DNA of 64,000 nt from Anaerovoracaceae bacterium (GTDB taxonomy: Bacteria > Bacillota > Clostridia > Peptostreptococcales > Anaerovoracaceae): positions 10,531 to 74,530 of the forward strand of contig JAZQHU010000052.1 of assembly GCA_045540775.1 (NCBI GenBank), written 5' to 3'. Shown here piece by piece: positions 19,370 through 28,401 of this stretch; position 1 is the first letter of the stretch, and every line of letters begins with the position of its first letter. Under the pieces are notes generated by a model. The model worked only from the letters and a program-made list of their open reading frames with translations. It searched no databases and had not been told where the DNA came from. A program made the translations under genes and the position numbers.

Positions 19370-20446
19370 ATGGCAAAATATCTTGAGCCTAAGATCAACT
19401 ATGATAATTATGACAAGAAGGTTATCAGAACTGTTGAAGCTCACACTGAGGGCGAGTACTGCAGAGTCGCTCTTGACTGCCCGGAGCTGCCGGGAAACAC
19501 AATGATCGAGAAGAAGCACTATCTCGAAGAGCATTATGACTATCTGAGAACAATGCTTATGTTCGAGACTAGTGGACACCACGACATGTTCGGTGCTTTC
19601 CTCTGCGAGCCGATCAATCCTGAAGCTGACTTCGGCGTATTCTTCATGGACGGCGGCGGATATCTGAACATGTGCGGACACTGCTCGATCGGTGCTGCTA
19701 CAGTTATCCTCGAAGCAGGCCTCAAGGAGATGAAGGAGCCTGTAACTCAGGTTGTTCTCGACGCTCCTGCAGGACTGGTCAAGCTCGACTGCAAGTGCAA
19801 GGACGGCAAGGTAACAGGCGTTACACTGACAAACGTTCCTGCATTCGTTTACAAGGAGAACCTCGAGCTCGAGTATCAGGGCAAGAAGGTCGTATATGAC
19901 ATCTGCTTCGGCGGATCATTCTTCGCACTCGTAGATACTGAGAAGAACTTCGGATTCAAGGTAACACCTGAGCACACCAAGTTCCTCACAGAGTGGTCAA
20001 GCTTCGCACTCCAGGAGATCAACAAGACTGTTGAGATCCAGCACCCAGAGCTCGACATCACAAGCGTAGACCTCATCGAGAACTACTGCACAGACGAGCT
20101 TACAGAGAGCGACAAGGAATTCTGCCCGGATGCAAAGTTCGCACTGAAGAACCAGCTGGTATTCGGCGAGCCTCATGATCCACAGATCGACAGATCCCCA
20201 TGCGGAACAGGTACATCTGCTAAGCTGTCCTGGCTCTACAAGAAGGGTGAGCTCGGCGTAGGCGAAAGCTTCGTTTACAAGTCATTCATCGACACAAGAT
20301 TCATCGGAACAGTTGCTGAAATCGGACCTAAGGTAGGCGAGTTCGACTCGATCATCCCACAGGTAACAGGCGCTGCTTATCTCTGCGGCGAGGCAAAGTG
20401 GTTCATGGATCCGGACGATCAGATGACCAAGGGATTCACAATCTAG
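19370..20446 (+). CDS. prdF: Proline racemase
   Basis: 358 aa. Two catalytic Cys motifs, NMCGHCSIG and DRSPCGTGTSAK. Divergent from prdC. Confidence 0.9.
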   Translation: MAKYLEPKINYDNYDKKVIRTVEAHTEGEYCRVALDCPELPGNTMIEKKHYLEEHYDYLRTMLMFETSGHHDMFGAFLCEPINPEADFGVFFMDGGGYLNMCGHCSIGAATVILEAGLKEMKEPVTQVVLDAPAGLVKLDCKCKDGKVTGVTLTNVPAFVYKENLELEYQGKKVVYDICFGGSFFALVDTEKNFGFKVTPEHTKFLTEWSSFALQEINKTVEIQHPELDITSVDLIENYCTDELTESDKEFCPDAKFALKNQLVFGEPHDPQIDRSPCGTGTSAKLSWLYKKGELGVGESFVYKSFIDTRFIGTVAEIGPKVGEFDSIIPQVTGAAYLCGEAKWFMDPDDQMTKGFTI

Positions 20447-20476
20447 TTGACTTAGACTCACAATCAACCTCAAAGA

Positions 20477-20505
20477 AGACCGGCTCACGCAGCCGGTCTT
20501 TTGTT
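20477..20505 (+). terminator. Rho-independent terminator after prdF
   Basis: AGACCGGCT-CACGC-AGCCGGTCT followed by TTTTGTT. Confidence 0.8.
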
Positions 20506-20566
20506 ATGACGACGGGGACGGCAAAATTGGCAACTTCTGAACAGCATTATGTGATATAATGCTCGC

Positions 20567-20971
20567 ATGAATGATGTTTTGCGCAGGAAGACCATCAACA
20601 TGATCGCGCTGCTGGTAGTAGTACTCGCGATGACAGCAGGACTTGCAAGTCCCGCTACTTGTGATGACTTCTACAACAAACTGCAGGGCATCAGCAACAC
20701 CGCGAGCGAGATCCACGCTATTACCGAGAGGTCACAGCACGACTGCATCGTGGATGAGACGACTGCACATCATTCGATCGCTTATCATCTGCAGCGGAAT
20801 GCTGGAAGCACTCTTGCAGGCACCGCTCTTCATAGCAGGACGGACACAGCCGCTCTGCATTTCTCAGGAAGAAGGCTCTCAGGTTTTCTGACGCTCCTTA
20901 CGCCGCGGAAACTCTGCAGTTCATCAGTCTTCTTCAGTTCCTACATACATCTCAAAGACGGACAAAAGTAA
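20567..20971 (+). CDS. Hypothetical small secreted protein or lipoprotein (weak)
   Basis: 134 aa with a signal-like N-terminus (INMIALLVVVLAMTAGLASPATC). No other support. Confidence 0.25.
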   Translation: MNDVLRRKTINMIALLVVVLAMTAGLASPATCDDFYNKLQGISNTASEIHAITERSQHDCIVDETTAHHSIAYHLQRNAGSTLAGTALHSRTDTAALHFSGRRLSGFLTLLTPRKLCSSSVFFSSYIHLKDGQK

Positions 20972-20999
20972 CTGAATAACGTCTGCTGCGCACAGCGCG

Positions 21000-21082
21000 T
21001 TTCTTTGCATGCTTTAGCATGCCTGTTTACGTGCATGATTTCGTGCATATTTGCGTGCTGATTTGCGTGGCGTTTTTACGTT
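21000..21082. repeat. About seven tandem 11-12 bp iteron-like repeats (consensus TGATTTGCGTGC)
   Basis: tttctttgcatgc / tttagcatgcc / tgtttacgtgca / tgatttcgtgca / tatttgcgtgc / tgatttgcgtgg / cgtttttacgtt. Confidence 0.7.
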
Positions 21083-21405
21083 ACCGGTTTTAATATACCG
21101 TCTTTTGAGGTACGCAAAATGACTTTGCCCACAGATTACCATCCGTATGTAAATATGGGATGTCTGATCGTACCTGCAGCAGGTGCGGATCTCTTTCCGT
21201 GCCTTTAAACAGGAATGCCGCGGGCCATCCCAACTCATTCAGGGTCCCGTAAACAATATAACGCATACTCAATACCTAAAACCTCTAGATGAACGGCCCG
21301 CGGCATTTCGGGATCCTGGCAGTATGCCTCTTACAATAAGTTATGTTTCTCGCGGTTGACTTTTGAATATCTCTGATGTATCATAGTGAAGTCGCGAAAC
21401 GACAT

Positions 21406-21482
21406 GCGCTCGTAGCTCAGCTGGATAGAGTGTCTGACTACGAATCAGAAGGTCTAGGGTTCGAATCCCTACGGGCGCACCA
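21406..21482 (+). tRNA. tRNA-Arg (anticodon ACG)
   Basis: Cloverleaf read by hand: acceptor GCGCTCG/CGGGCGC, D-arm GCTCAGCTGGATAGAGT, anticodon stem TCTGA/TCAGA with loop CTACGAA, T-arm TAGGGTTCGAATCCCTA, and an encoded CCA. Confidence 0.9.
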
Positions 21483-21483
21483 G

Positions 21484-21517
21484 AAAACCTTGGAATCACA
21501 TGACTCCAAGGTTTTTT
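21484..21517 (+). terminator. Terminator after tRNA-Arg
   Basis: AACCTTGGA-N9-TCCAAGGTT followed by a T-run. Confidence 0.7.
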
Positions 21518-21605
21518 CTTTTCCCAGCACCCGTCTGAAGACGGGCAATTATCACTTATTTATCATTATTGATCGATTTGGATTCGATGATACGTAGCAA
21601 CGATA

Positions 21606-23321
21606 TCAACCGACATTCTTCTCCAGTGCACGATAGTCTACCTTCCCCCTATCCGTTCGTGGCAATGCATCACAGAATTCAATTTCGTCTGGGATCTGAT
21701 AATCCGGCAGCTTGCCTTTGCAAAAGTTAATGATATCTGCTTTAAGTTCCTCTGATGGAGTACATCCCTCATTAAGCTCAATAACCGCCTTCGGATAATT
21801 GATTCGGTCTTTGTCAGGAACACCTATGACACAACTCAGGTTAACTGATGGATGCTTATTAATTGCAGATTCAATTCTGTCCGGGAACATTTTTGTAGCA
21901 ACACCATCTGTTCCTTTTGTGACAAGGATTCGCTTCATTCTACCAGTGATATACACAATTCCGTTTTTATCAATATATCCCAGGTCACCAGTATGCAACC
22001 AATACTGACCATCATCGTGAACTTTAACTATTCGGTCTGTAGCCTCGCTATTCTTATAATAGCCCAGCATGAGACTTGGTCCGGAAAAGCATATTTCACC
22101 ATGTTTTTCATAAGACAGCTCATCGTATGTGTCAGGATCGACTATTTTACAATTTGTCATTACAAGGGGAATTCCAACACTTCCGATTGGATTGCATTGT
22201 GGAAATGATTGTGTAGCCGCAGCCATTAATTCTGTAGAACCAAGGCCTTTACACAAAGGAGTTTTGGAACCACATGTAAGCAAATATGAATTAATTCTTC
22301 GCTCTATTTCTTCATTCATTCCTTCGCCGCCATAGTAGATATGTTCAAAGCATGAAAAATCATATTTACGCTCAGATTTTAATAATACTTCCCAATATGG
22401 CGGAATCGATAATACCACGGTTGGCCTATGCCTTTTAATATATTCTACGAATCGGTTAGGATCATATTTAGGTATTAGTATTACAACGTAGCCAATAGCC
22501 AACATGGCCATTGTAGCTTCTACCAAGCTATAATTTATAAACGGTGGTAACACAATTAAAGATCTGCCGTCTCTTCCGTAGTCAAAATTACATACAATCT
22601 GATGCATTAAGGCATTAAGATTATTATCCGAGCACATCACACCCTTCGGCTCTCCTGTAGTGCCTCCAGTGTGAGATATGATCGCCATAGTCGAAGGATC
22701 TTTATCAACTTTTATTAGTTCGGTATTTGCACCTCCGTGGATAAACTCTTTCCAGGTCGTATATATTCCGTTATCTACGTACTTCTTTCTATTCTTGAGA
22801 TTGTACAGTTGCTTCACTCCGAACGGCAGTGAATAACCGGCTGTTACAATGATCGCATGCTCAACAGATGTGCTCTTGATGCTTTCTTTCAGGATATCGT
22901 GTGTACCGTCAAACATTACAGCTACACGACTTTCGACCTCATTCAGATAATGTAATAATTCCTCTTTGCCAGCAAGAGGATGGATCATGTTCGCGACTGC
23001 ACCTATCTTATTAAGTGCATAAACTACATATATTGCTTCCGGGATACTTGGTAATGCTACAGTGACGATCTCACCAGGCTTTACAGACAGCGCTTGAAAA
23101 GCTGCGGCAGTTTTATCTATATTTTCGAATAGCTGACGATAAGTTATCTTTCTTCCAAGATAATTGATAGCAATGTCATCCGGATAATCTTTATTGTTGT
23201 CATACATGTACTCATAAATTGTACATTCCGGTAATGGAGCATTAATAGCTTCCTCTGAGTAATATTTCAACCACGGCTTGTCAATTGATGGGTAACCTGT
23301 AAGTTTTCTTTCTTCGTTCAA
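21606..23321 (-). CDS. AMP-binding enzyme (acyl-CoA ligase family), island cargo
   Basis: 571 aa. AMP-binding motifs ISHTGGTTGEPKG, YGGEG, GDLGYID...GRMKR. Visibly AT-rich compared with the backbone. Confidence 0.8.
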   Translation of the reverse strand: MNEERKLTGYPSIDKPWLKYYSEEAINAPLPECTIYEYMYDNNKDYPDDIAINYLGRKITYRQLFENIDKTAAAFQALSVKPGEIVTVALPSIPEAIYVVYALNKIGAVANMIHPLAGKEELLHYLNEVESRVAVMFDGTHDILKESIKSTSVEHAIIVTAGYSLPFGVKQLYNLKNRKKYVDNGIYTTWKEFIHGGANTELIKVDKDPSTMAIISHTGGTTGEPKGVMCSDNNLNALMHQIVCNFDYGRDGRSLIVLPPFINYSLVEATMAMLAIGYVVILIPKYDPNRFVEYIKRHRPTVVLSIPPYWEVLLKSERKYDFSCFEHIYYGGEGMNEEIERRINSYLLTCGSKTPLCKGLGSTELMAAATQSFPQCNPIGSVGIPLVMTNCKIVDPDTYDELSYEKHGEICFSGPSLMLGYYKNSEATDRIVKVHDDGQYWLHTGDLGYIDKNGIVYITGRMKRILVTKGTDGVATKMFPDRIESAINKHPSVNLSCVIGVPDKDRINYPKAVIELNEGCTPSEELKADIINFCKGKLPDYQIPDEIEFCDALPRTDRGKVDYRALEKNVG

Positions 23322-23343
23322 CGTGTTCTTCCTCCCTCACATA

Positions 23344-23443
23344 TAGTGATATATCACTATTATATCGAATGTTAGCGTTTTAGTGAAGTATCACTAACAT
23401 AAGGCCCCGCCCTTTCTTATCATTTTAATAGTGATATATCACT
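23344..23443. promoter_or_regulatory. Three operator-like palindromes TAGTGAtATATCACTA
   Basis: 16-bp palindromes at 23344..23359 (perfect), 23381..23396 (TAGTGAAGTATCACTA) and 23429..23443. They lie in the divergent intergenic region between the AMP-ligase and XRE genes. Confidence 0.65.
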
Positions 23444-23454
23444 TGGAGGAAAGG

Positions 23455-23697
23455 ATGGGCACAAGAGAGATCGTAGCTAAGCGAATATATGAACTGTGCG
23501 ACGAGAGAGGCTGGACGCCTAATCATCTCGCTAATGTTTCTGCTGTTCCGCAAGCTACTATCAAGAGCATTCTCAATGGAGAAAGCTCTAACCCTGGTAT
23601 AGTCACTATCAAGAAGCTGTGTGATGGGTTTGAAATAACTCTCTCAGAATTCTTTTCCACTAAGGATTTTGACGACCTCGAGCAGGAGATTCGTTAA
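23455..23697 (+). CDS. XRE-family HTH transcriptional regulator
   Basis: Start moved to ATG 23455 (GGAGGAAAGG upstream). Motif ERGWTPNHLANVSAVPQATIKSILNGES is a Cro/C1-type HTH. Confidence 0.8.
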   Translation: MGTREIVAKRIYELCDERGWTPNHLANVSAVPQATIKSILNGESSNPGIVTIKKLCDGFEITLSEFFSTKDFDDLEQEIR

Positions 23698-23699
23698 TT

Positions 23700-24755
23700 C
23701 TAGCGAGACCGATCCTGCTCTTTTCTTATGCTATTATTTCTCAGGGCCACATTTTCTACAGCCATATCCATAAGTTTGGTCAGTGCTTTTCCCCATGCTT
23801 CTGCCCAGATCTCCCGTCCCTGTTTGCTCAGCAGTCTGCACATCTCCGCAACTATCGCTATTGCTCTTACTAGTATGTTGTTGTACTTTCCAGGATCGTT
23901 CTTGTCGCCGGCTTCTTTGATAGACTCTGCTACTGGTTTGGATATCAGTTCCTTTTTCACCGTTAACAGGCTCTCCCGTGGCGCACCATTACGGTATGCT
24001 GTCCAAATGTTCTTATTCCATTCATCTTTTAATCTGTTGGTCTCTTCTATAAATTCAGCTTTAGGATTGTTCTTACCGATCTTCTTGGTCGGCAGGAATG
24101 GACTGTTCTTTGGGAATACCTGCATCTGATCTGGTTCGGACAGCTGCCTGTTCATGAGATCTGTGAAGAAAACTTTGACCTCCTCTGTGAATGATTTCTG
24201 CTTGAAGAGCGGATTCTTTTTGTCGAATAGATGCTCTTCATACACTTCACCTTTGGGTATCATGCTGTAGCCAGGGAGCAATTCCCCGTCTGCTGTCGCT
24301 TCCTTTTTCGTCCTGACATGCCTGCCTTCAGGATCAAAATACATGTTACGAGTCGCTTTCTTTCTCACCGGTTCATCCAGCTGCTGCCGCTCTGAATAAA
24401 TCAGATGGATGTGATAATTTGTCTTTTTCTTATTATGGTGGAGAGCCGCGATACATTCAGCATCATATTCTTTTCGGTATGATTCAACAAAATATCTAAG
24501 CAAGTCATCCGGGTCATAACGAGTCATTTCTTTCGGCAAAGCTATTATCAGCTCTCTGGCCTCGATGCAGTTCCCACTCGTTCCGCTTCGCCTGAAGTCC
24601 GACTGATTCTCCTTCGCAAGATCCCGCCAGTACTTCCTCGGCACTGTTTCATAGACCGCATACAGGTTCTCCTGCTTCTTCTCATCGCTGATATATCTGA
24701 TCCTACCGACTACATTAGTCAGCTTTTCGTGCTGTATGAATGTCACATTTTTCAT
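23700..24755 (-). CDS. Relaxase/mobilization-like protein (MOBQ-like His motif)
   Basis: Start moved to MKNVTFIQHEK (AAAGGAG upstream). ALHHNKKKTNYHIHLIYSER resembles the relaxase HxH histidine triad. Island context. Confidence 0.5.
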   Translation of the reverse strand: MKNVTFIQHEKLTNVVGRIRYISDEKKQENLYAVYETVPRKYWRDLAKENQSDFRRSGTSGNCIEARELIIALPKEMTRYDPDDLLRYFVESYRKEYDAECIAALHHNKKKTNYHIHLIYSERQQLDEPVRKKATRNMYFDPEGRHVRTKKEATADGELLPGYSMIPKGEVYEEHLFDKKNPLFKQKSFTEEVKVFFTDLMNRQLSEPDQMQVFPKNSPFLPTKKIGKNNPKAEFIEETNRLKDEWNKNIWTAYRNGAPRESLLTVKKELISKPVAESIKEAGDKNDPGKYNNILVRAIAIVAEMCRLLSKQGREIWAEAWGKALTKLMDMAVENVALRNNSIRKEQDRSR

Positions 24756-24970
24756 ATAATTCTTACTCCTTTCAAAACGTACGGTCACGCCCCGCGAGGC
24801 GAAATACACAGAGAACGAACCGTAAGGTTTGTACGATGGGTGTATTTCGCTCTCACTCGGCGAGGCCTCCTAAAGTGGTTGTTTGTTCGTATACTTTCTA
24901 TACTTACCGAAGAGGAGTCATAGTTACTCATGTTCAGATGCTCCCTACATACTCCTGCACAACGCTTCCG

Positions 24971-25070
24971 CCAAGATGGCAAGATGGCAACTTGGCAAGG
25001 CTGTAATGGTTTCCACGAAAGGTACCTGGCAGGCAGCAACCAGTGCGAGGTTGCCGCCTTGCCATCTTGA
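24971..25070. promoter_or_regulatory. Candidate oriT / regulatory inverted repeat
   Basis: CCAAGATGGCAAGATGGCAA (24971..24990) matches the reverse complement of 25051..25070 (TCAAGATGGCAAGGCGGCAA) at 17 of 20 positions. Lies upstream of the relaxase-like gene. Confidence 0.4.
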
Positions 25071-25086
25071 CATCTTCCTCTTAACA

Positions 25087-26064
25087 TCAGGCCTCATATC
25101 CCGTGTACCATCTGTCTGCCTCCTTATGGGCGGCAACCCCAAGTTCCTTCATCGCATTACGCAATGTCTTCTCAGCGATATTCTTTTGCTTTGCCTTCTC
25201 AAACAGCTCCGCGCTCGGGATATACTCCCCGGGAGCCGGCAGCTCTGCTACAAGAAACTCTTTTGCCTCTTTAGCCTTCTGTCCTTTGACGCTTGTATTC
25301 TGCAGCAGTTCCTCTGTAGTGATGTCATAAATGCCTTCCCATTCGAAGCCTCTCTCCTTGCTTAAACGGAACGCTACAGGATCCGGCGGATAAGTCAGTG
25401 AGCACTTTGTTGATGTGAGTACTCTTACATCCTTGTCACGAGGTGACTCTGCGCACAGGAGCACGCTGCGTGCTGCGGCAGTGAAGTCCATTGAACCGAG
25501 CCCCTTGTATTCAGGCTTAGCTGTGTCCTTCTTGTTAAGGTGTCCGACCAGCACCATGCCGCATCTGTTTTCATAAGCGATATCTCCGAGGTGCTTAAGT
25601 CTTGGTCTGACCTCATTGGCTCTGTTCATGTCGACCTTCTCTCCGAGATATGCCTGGAGCGGATCAAGTACTACAAGCCCTGCCTCTGTCTCCCGTATCG
25701 CCCACGCCAGTCTCTCATCGGTCATGCTGAGCATTTTATCTCCGTCATCTATGACTGAAACTCTGCTGCAATCCGCTCCAGCTGCAATGAGTCTTGGCTT
25801 GATGGTATCTGCGAGCCCATCCTCCGCTGTCTGGTAGATGACATTGATAGGTTCTCTGATCGCTGGACCGCCCGGTGGCTCAAGCATGCCTCTGCCTGTC
25901 GTGAATGCCGCGATCAGATTGAGCATAGCCATTGTCTTGCCTTTGCCCGGATCACCCTGAAGAATCGTCAGCTTTCCGACAGGTATAAATCCTTCCCAGA
26001 GCCATTCGACTTCTTCAGCTACGATATCTTCCATGTTTATCAGTCTGTAATTGTTTTCTGTCAT
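25087..26064 (-). CDS. AAA_25/RepA-like (RecA-fold) ATPase
   Basis: 325 aa. Walker A GDPGKGKT, and a VLDPL...VGH pattern typical of island or plasmid replication ATPases. Confidence 0.7.
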   Translation of the reverse strand: MTENNYRLINMEDIVAEEVEWLWEGFIPVGKLTILQGDPGKGKTMAMLNLIAAFTTGRGMLEPPGGPAIREPINVIYQTAEDGLADTIKPRLIAAGADCSRVSVIDDGDKMLSMTDERLAWAIRETEAGLVVLDPLQAYLGEKVDMNRANEVRPRLKHLGDIAYENRCGMVLVGHLNKKDTAKPEYKGLGSMDFTAAARSVLLCAESPRDKDVRVLTSTKCSLTYPPDPVAFRLSKERGFEWEGIYDITTEELLQNTSVKGQKAKEAKEFLVAELPAPGEYIPSAELFEKAKQKNIAEKTLRNAMKELGVAAHKEADRWYTGYEA

Positions 26065-26170
26065 TCTTTAACCTCCATAGTTATTTGCATTGTTCCGGTA
26101 CCTCTTCAAAAACTGCCTTCTCAGGGGCGTGTTTGCGAAAAAACTGCGAGCTATCTCGACTTTTCTGTTC

Positions 26171-26341
26171 TTAATTATTCTTGTCGATGTTTGCATCCTT
26201 TGGTGGACGCCTTCCCATTCTGTAGGGCCAGAGCGGGCACCATTCGATCGGACACAGCCTTACTTCTTTCTTTTCGCCGCAGCTGCAATCGATGCACTTG
26301 GCTCTGATCGCTTTTACCGGTGTTATTTTCTTTTCATCCAT
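26171..26341 (-). CDS. Small Cys-rich (zinc-binding?) protein, 56 aa
   Basis: Below the ORF-track size cutoff. Manual translation: MDEKKITPVKAIRAKCIDCSCGEKKEVRLCPIEWCPLWPYRMGRRPPKDANIDKNN. Starts 3 nt after the Xis-like gene. Confidence 0.45.
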   Translation of the reverse strand: MDEKKITPVKAIRAKCIDCSCGEKKEVRLCPIEWCPLWPYRMGRRPPKDANIDKNN

Positions 26342-26343
26342 GC

Positions 26344-26592
26344 CTATCTCTCCTCACTGTCCCATCTGCTTCTGTTGCTGCACTTGAACTCTGCCGCAGG
26401 GATCACGCCGTGTGTGGTGTCCATAAAGTACTTCTCTATCACATCGACATCTACCAGGTACTTGTTCCCCGCCTTGGCACTGGGGATGACTCCCTGCGTG
26501 ACCATCTCTCTCAGCAGGTTCTTCGTGATTGCTGTCTCAGGATCTCTCGCCCTGAGCTCCTCGTATGCTTTGTTGATTGTGCGTAACGTCAT
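26344..26592 (-). CDS. Excisionase-like / MerR-type HTH DNA-binding protein
   Basis: 82 aa. ITKNLLREMVTQGVIPSAKAGNKYLVDVDVIEKYF resembles Xis/AlpA-type HTH proteins. Confidence 0.6.
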   Translation of the reverse strand: MTLRTINKAYEELRARDPETAITKNLLREMVTQGVIPSAKAGNKYLVDVDVIEKYFMDTTHGVIPAAEFKCSNRSRWDSEER

Positions 26593-27365
26593 GTGTTTAC
26601 CTCCTTATAGTTACTGCTGGTGAAACTGATAAGGCAGACTGTTTTATAAAACGAAAAAAGCCGGCCTACACGACCGGATCTGATTCCACGACAAACCATC
26701 TGTGATAGTTCTTAGTGGACCAAAATAGGTCATGTAAGCCGGCTACAAGTTTTTGTAAACGGAAAAAGAATGATAAGTATTGCTGCTTCCCCTTATCCGG
26801 GTGTCCGGGCTCCTTCCCGGTAACGTTATCAGGCGATCGCTAACGAGGCGACCTCACAGCCAGTTACGCACTCCCGAGGGATCTCCTCGGGCCGCCCCAT
26901 GTATATATGTCAAGACGGGAGTATCATTGTCCCCTGGGATTGTCATCGCACATTGAAGTTGTCATCTTCCTTTTGGACCCATGGTGGTTATCGCTCGTAC
27001 ACTTAATGTAGTCATGGCGCCCCGGCCCTGCATGCTCACGGTTTTGGCCGCATATCCCAGAGAAGGTACCTGATAACGGCGGTATTCAATTTCACATGTT
27101 GACTTGTTACTGCAGATACTCCCCGAAGGAAGTATTGCAGGATAACACAACTGCATATATGTATCAAGCCTTGTCAAGTCCTGTTACATACATGCAGTTC
27201 AGATCTGCCATTTATCATTTGATGGTATTAAGAAAAGGTGATAAAAAATCAGCTCGGAAATCGAACATGTGTTTGCATTAATTATATGAAAGTGCTATAC
27301 TCATGTCAACACAGATTCGAACAGATTTTCTTTTATGTTCCTTTATTGATTGAGAGGTATCGAAT

Positions 27366-28229
27366 ATGGCAAAGAAGCCAATTAAAGAAACGATCCATGC
27401 AAAAGGTATCGATATCAACATCTATACTCATGATTTCAAAAACGAGTATGTATCTCTTACTGATATAGCAAAGTACCGCAGCATCCAACCTTCTATTACA
27501 GTACATAACTGGTTGCGCGGCCGTGATATTGTTGAGTTTCTCGGTCTATGGGAGACCTTGCACAATCCGGATTTTAAACTTATCGAATTCGATAAGTTTA
27601 AAGAAGACGCCGGAGCTAATGCATTCGTTTTTTCCATAAAGAAATGGAACGAGGAGCTTCATGCTATCGGACTGTTATCCAAATCAGGCCGCTACGGTGG
27701 CGGCATTTACGCACACATGGATATTGCTCTCGAGTTTGCGTCCTGGCTTTCTCCGGAATTCAAGTTATACATAATCAAAGACTATAAGCGTCTGAAAAAT
27801 GATGAGAGCAGCAGGATGTCCCTATCCTGGAATCTCAATCGTGAGATAAGCAAGCTGAATTACCGTATACATACAGATGCAATCAGAGATAATCTTATTC
27901 CTGATGATCTGACACCGGATCAAATCTCATTCACCTATGCAAACGAGGCTGATGTGCTAAACATGGCCCTCTTCGGCAAGACCGCGAAGATGTGGAGAGA
28001 TGAGAATCCAAGGAGCAAAGGAAATATCCGCGACTATGCCACAATCAGCCAATTGCTAGTGCTGTCCAACATGGAGAGCTATAACGCTATTCTGATTGAG
28101 CAGGGCAAAAGCCAGTCCGAAAGGCTGGTCTTATTAAGGAATATGGCGGTCAATCAGATGCGTACATTGACATCACTGGATATATCAAATTACCCAATGC
28201 TTGAGGACAAAGGGGATCTCGAGCGATAA
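27366..28229 (+). CDS. KilA-N domain DNA-binding protein
   Basis: 287 aa. YVSLTDIAKY...NWLRGRDIVEFLGLWE...GGIYAHMDIALEFASWLSPEFKLYI is a characteristic KilA-N domain. Confidence 0.75.
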   Translation: MAKKPIKETIHAKGIDINIYTHDFKNEYVSLTDIAKYRSIQPSITVHNWLRGRDIVEFLGLWETLHNPDFKLIEFDKFKEDAGANAFVFSIKKWNEELHAIGLLSKSGRYGGGIYAHMDIALEFASWLSPEFKLYIIKDYKRLKNDESSRMSLSWNLNREISKLNYRIHTDAIRDNLIPDDLTPDQISFTYANEADVLNMALFGKTAKMWRDENPRSKGNIRDYATISQLLVLSNMESYNAILIEQGKSQSERLVLLRNMAVNQMRTLTSLDISNYPMLEDKGDLER

Positions 28230-28401
28230 AGCATCACTGTTCATAACGGCACAGGTTTGTAACGACCTTGCCGTGATGATAAAATCAGTCACAGAATTTG
28301 GTTTCGAGGAGGTGGTCATAAACACATCTGAGCTACGTATCATCTGAATCTAACGAATTACATATACCTGCATTTTTTACTCACAGTTAGGAGATGATAC
28401 T

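Noticed and set aside
20504-21400. Short ORFs on both strands (21014..21238, 21090..21272, 20643..20891)
   Set aside because: They run through the 12-bp tandem repeat array or have no start context. Only the signal-peptide-bearing 20567..20971 ORF was retained, at low confidence.
26795-26830. RNase P RNA P4-like GTCCGGGCTCC ... GGTAACG
   Set aside because: The complementary P4-like string (AGCCGGCTTAC) is on the opposite strand, the spacing is far too short, and the location is inside a mobile element. It is probably a chance match.
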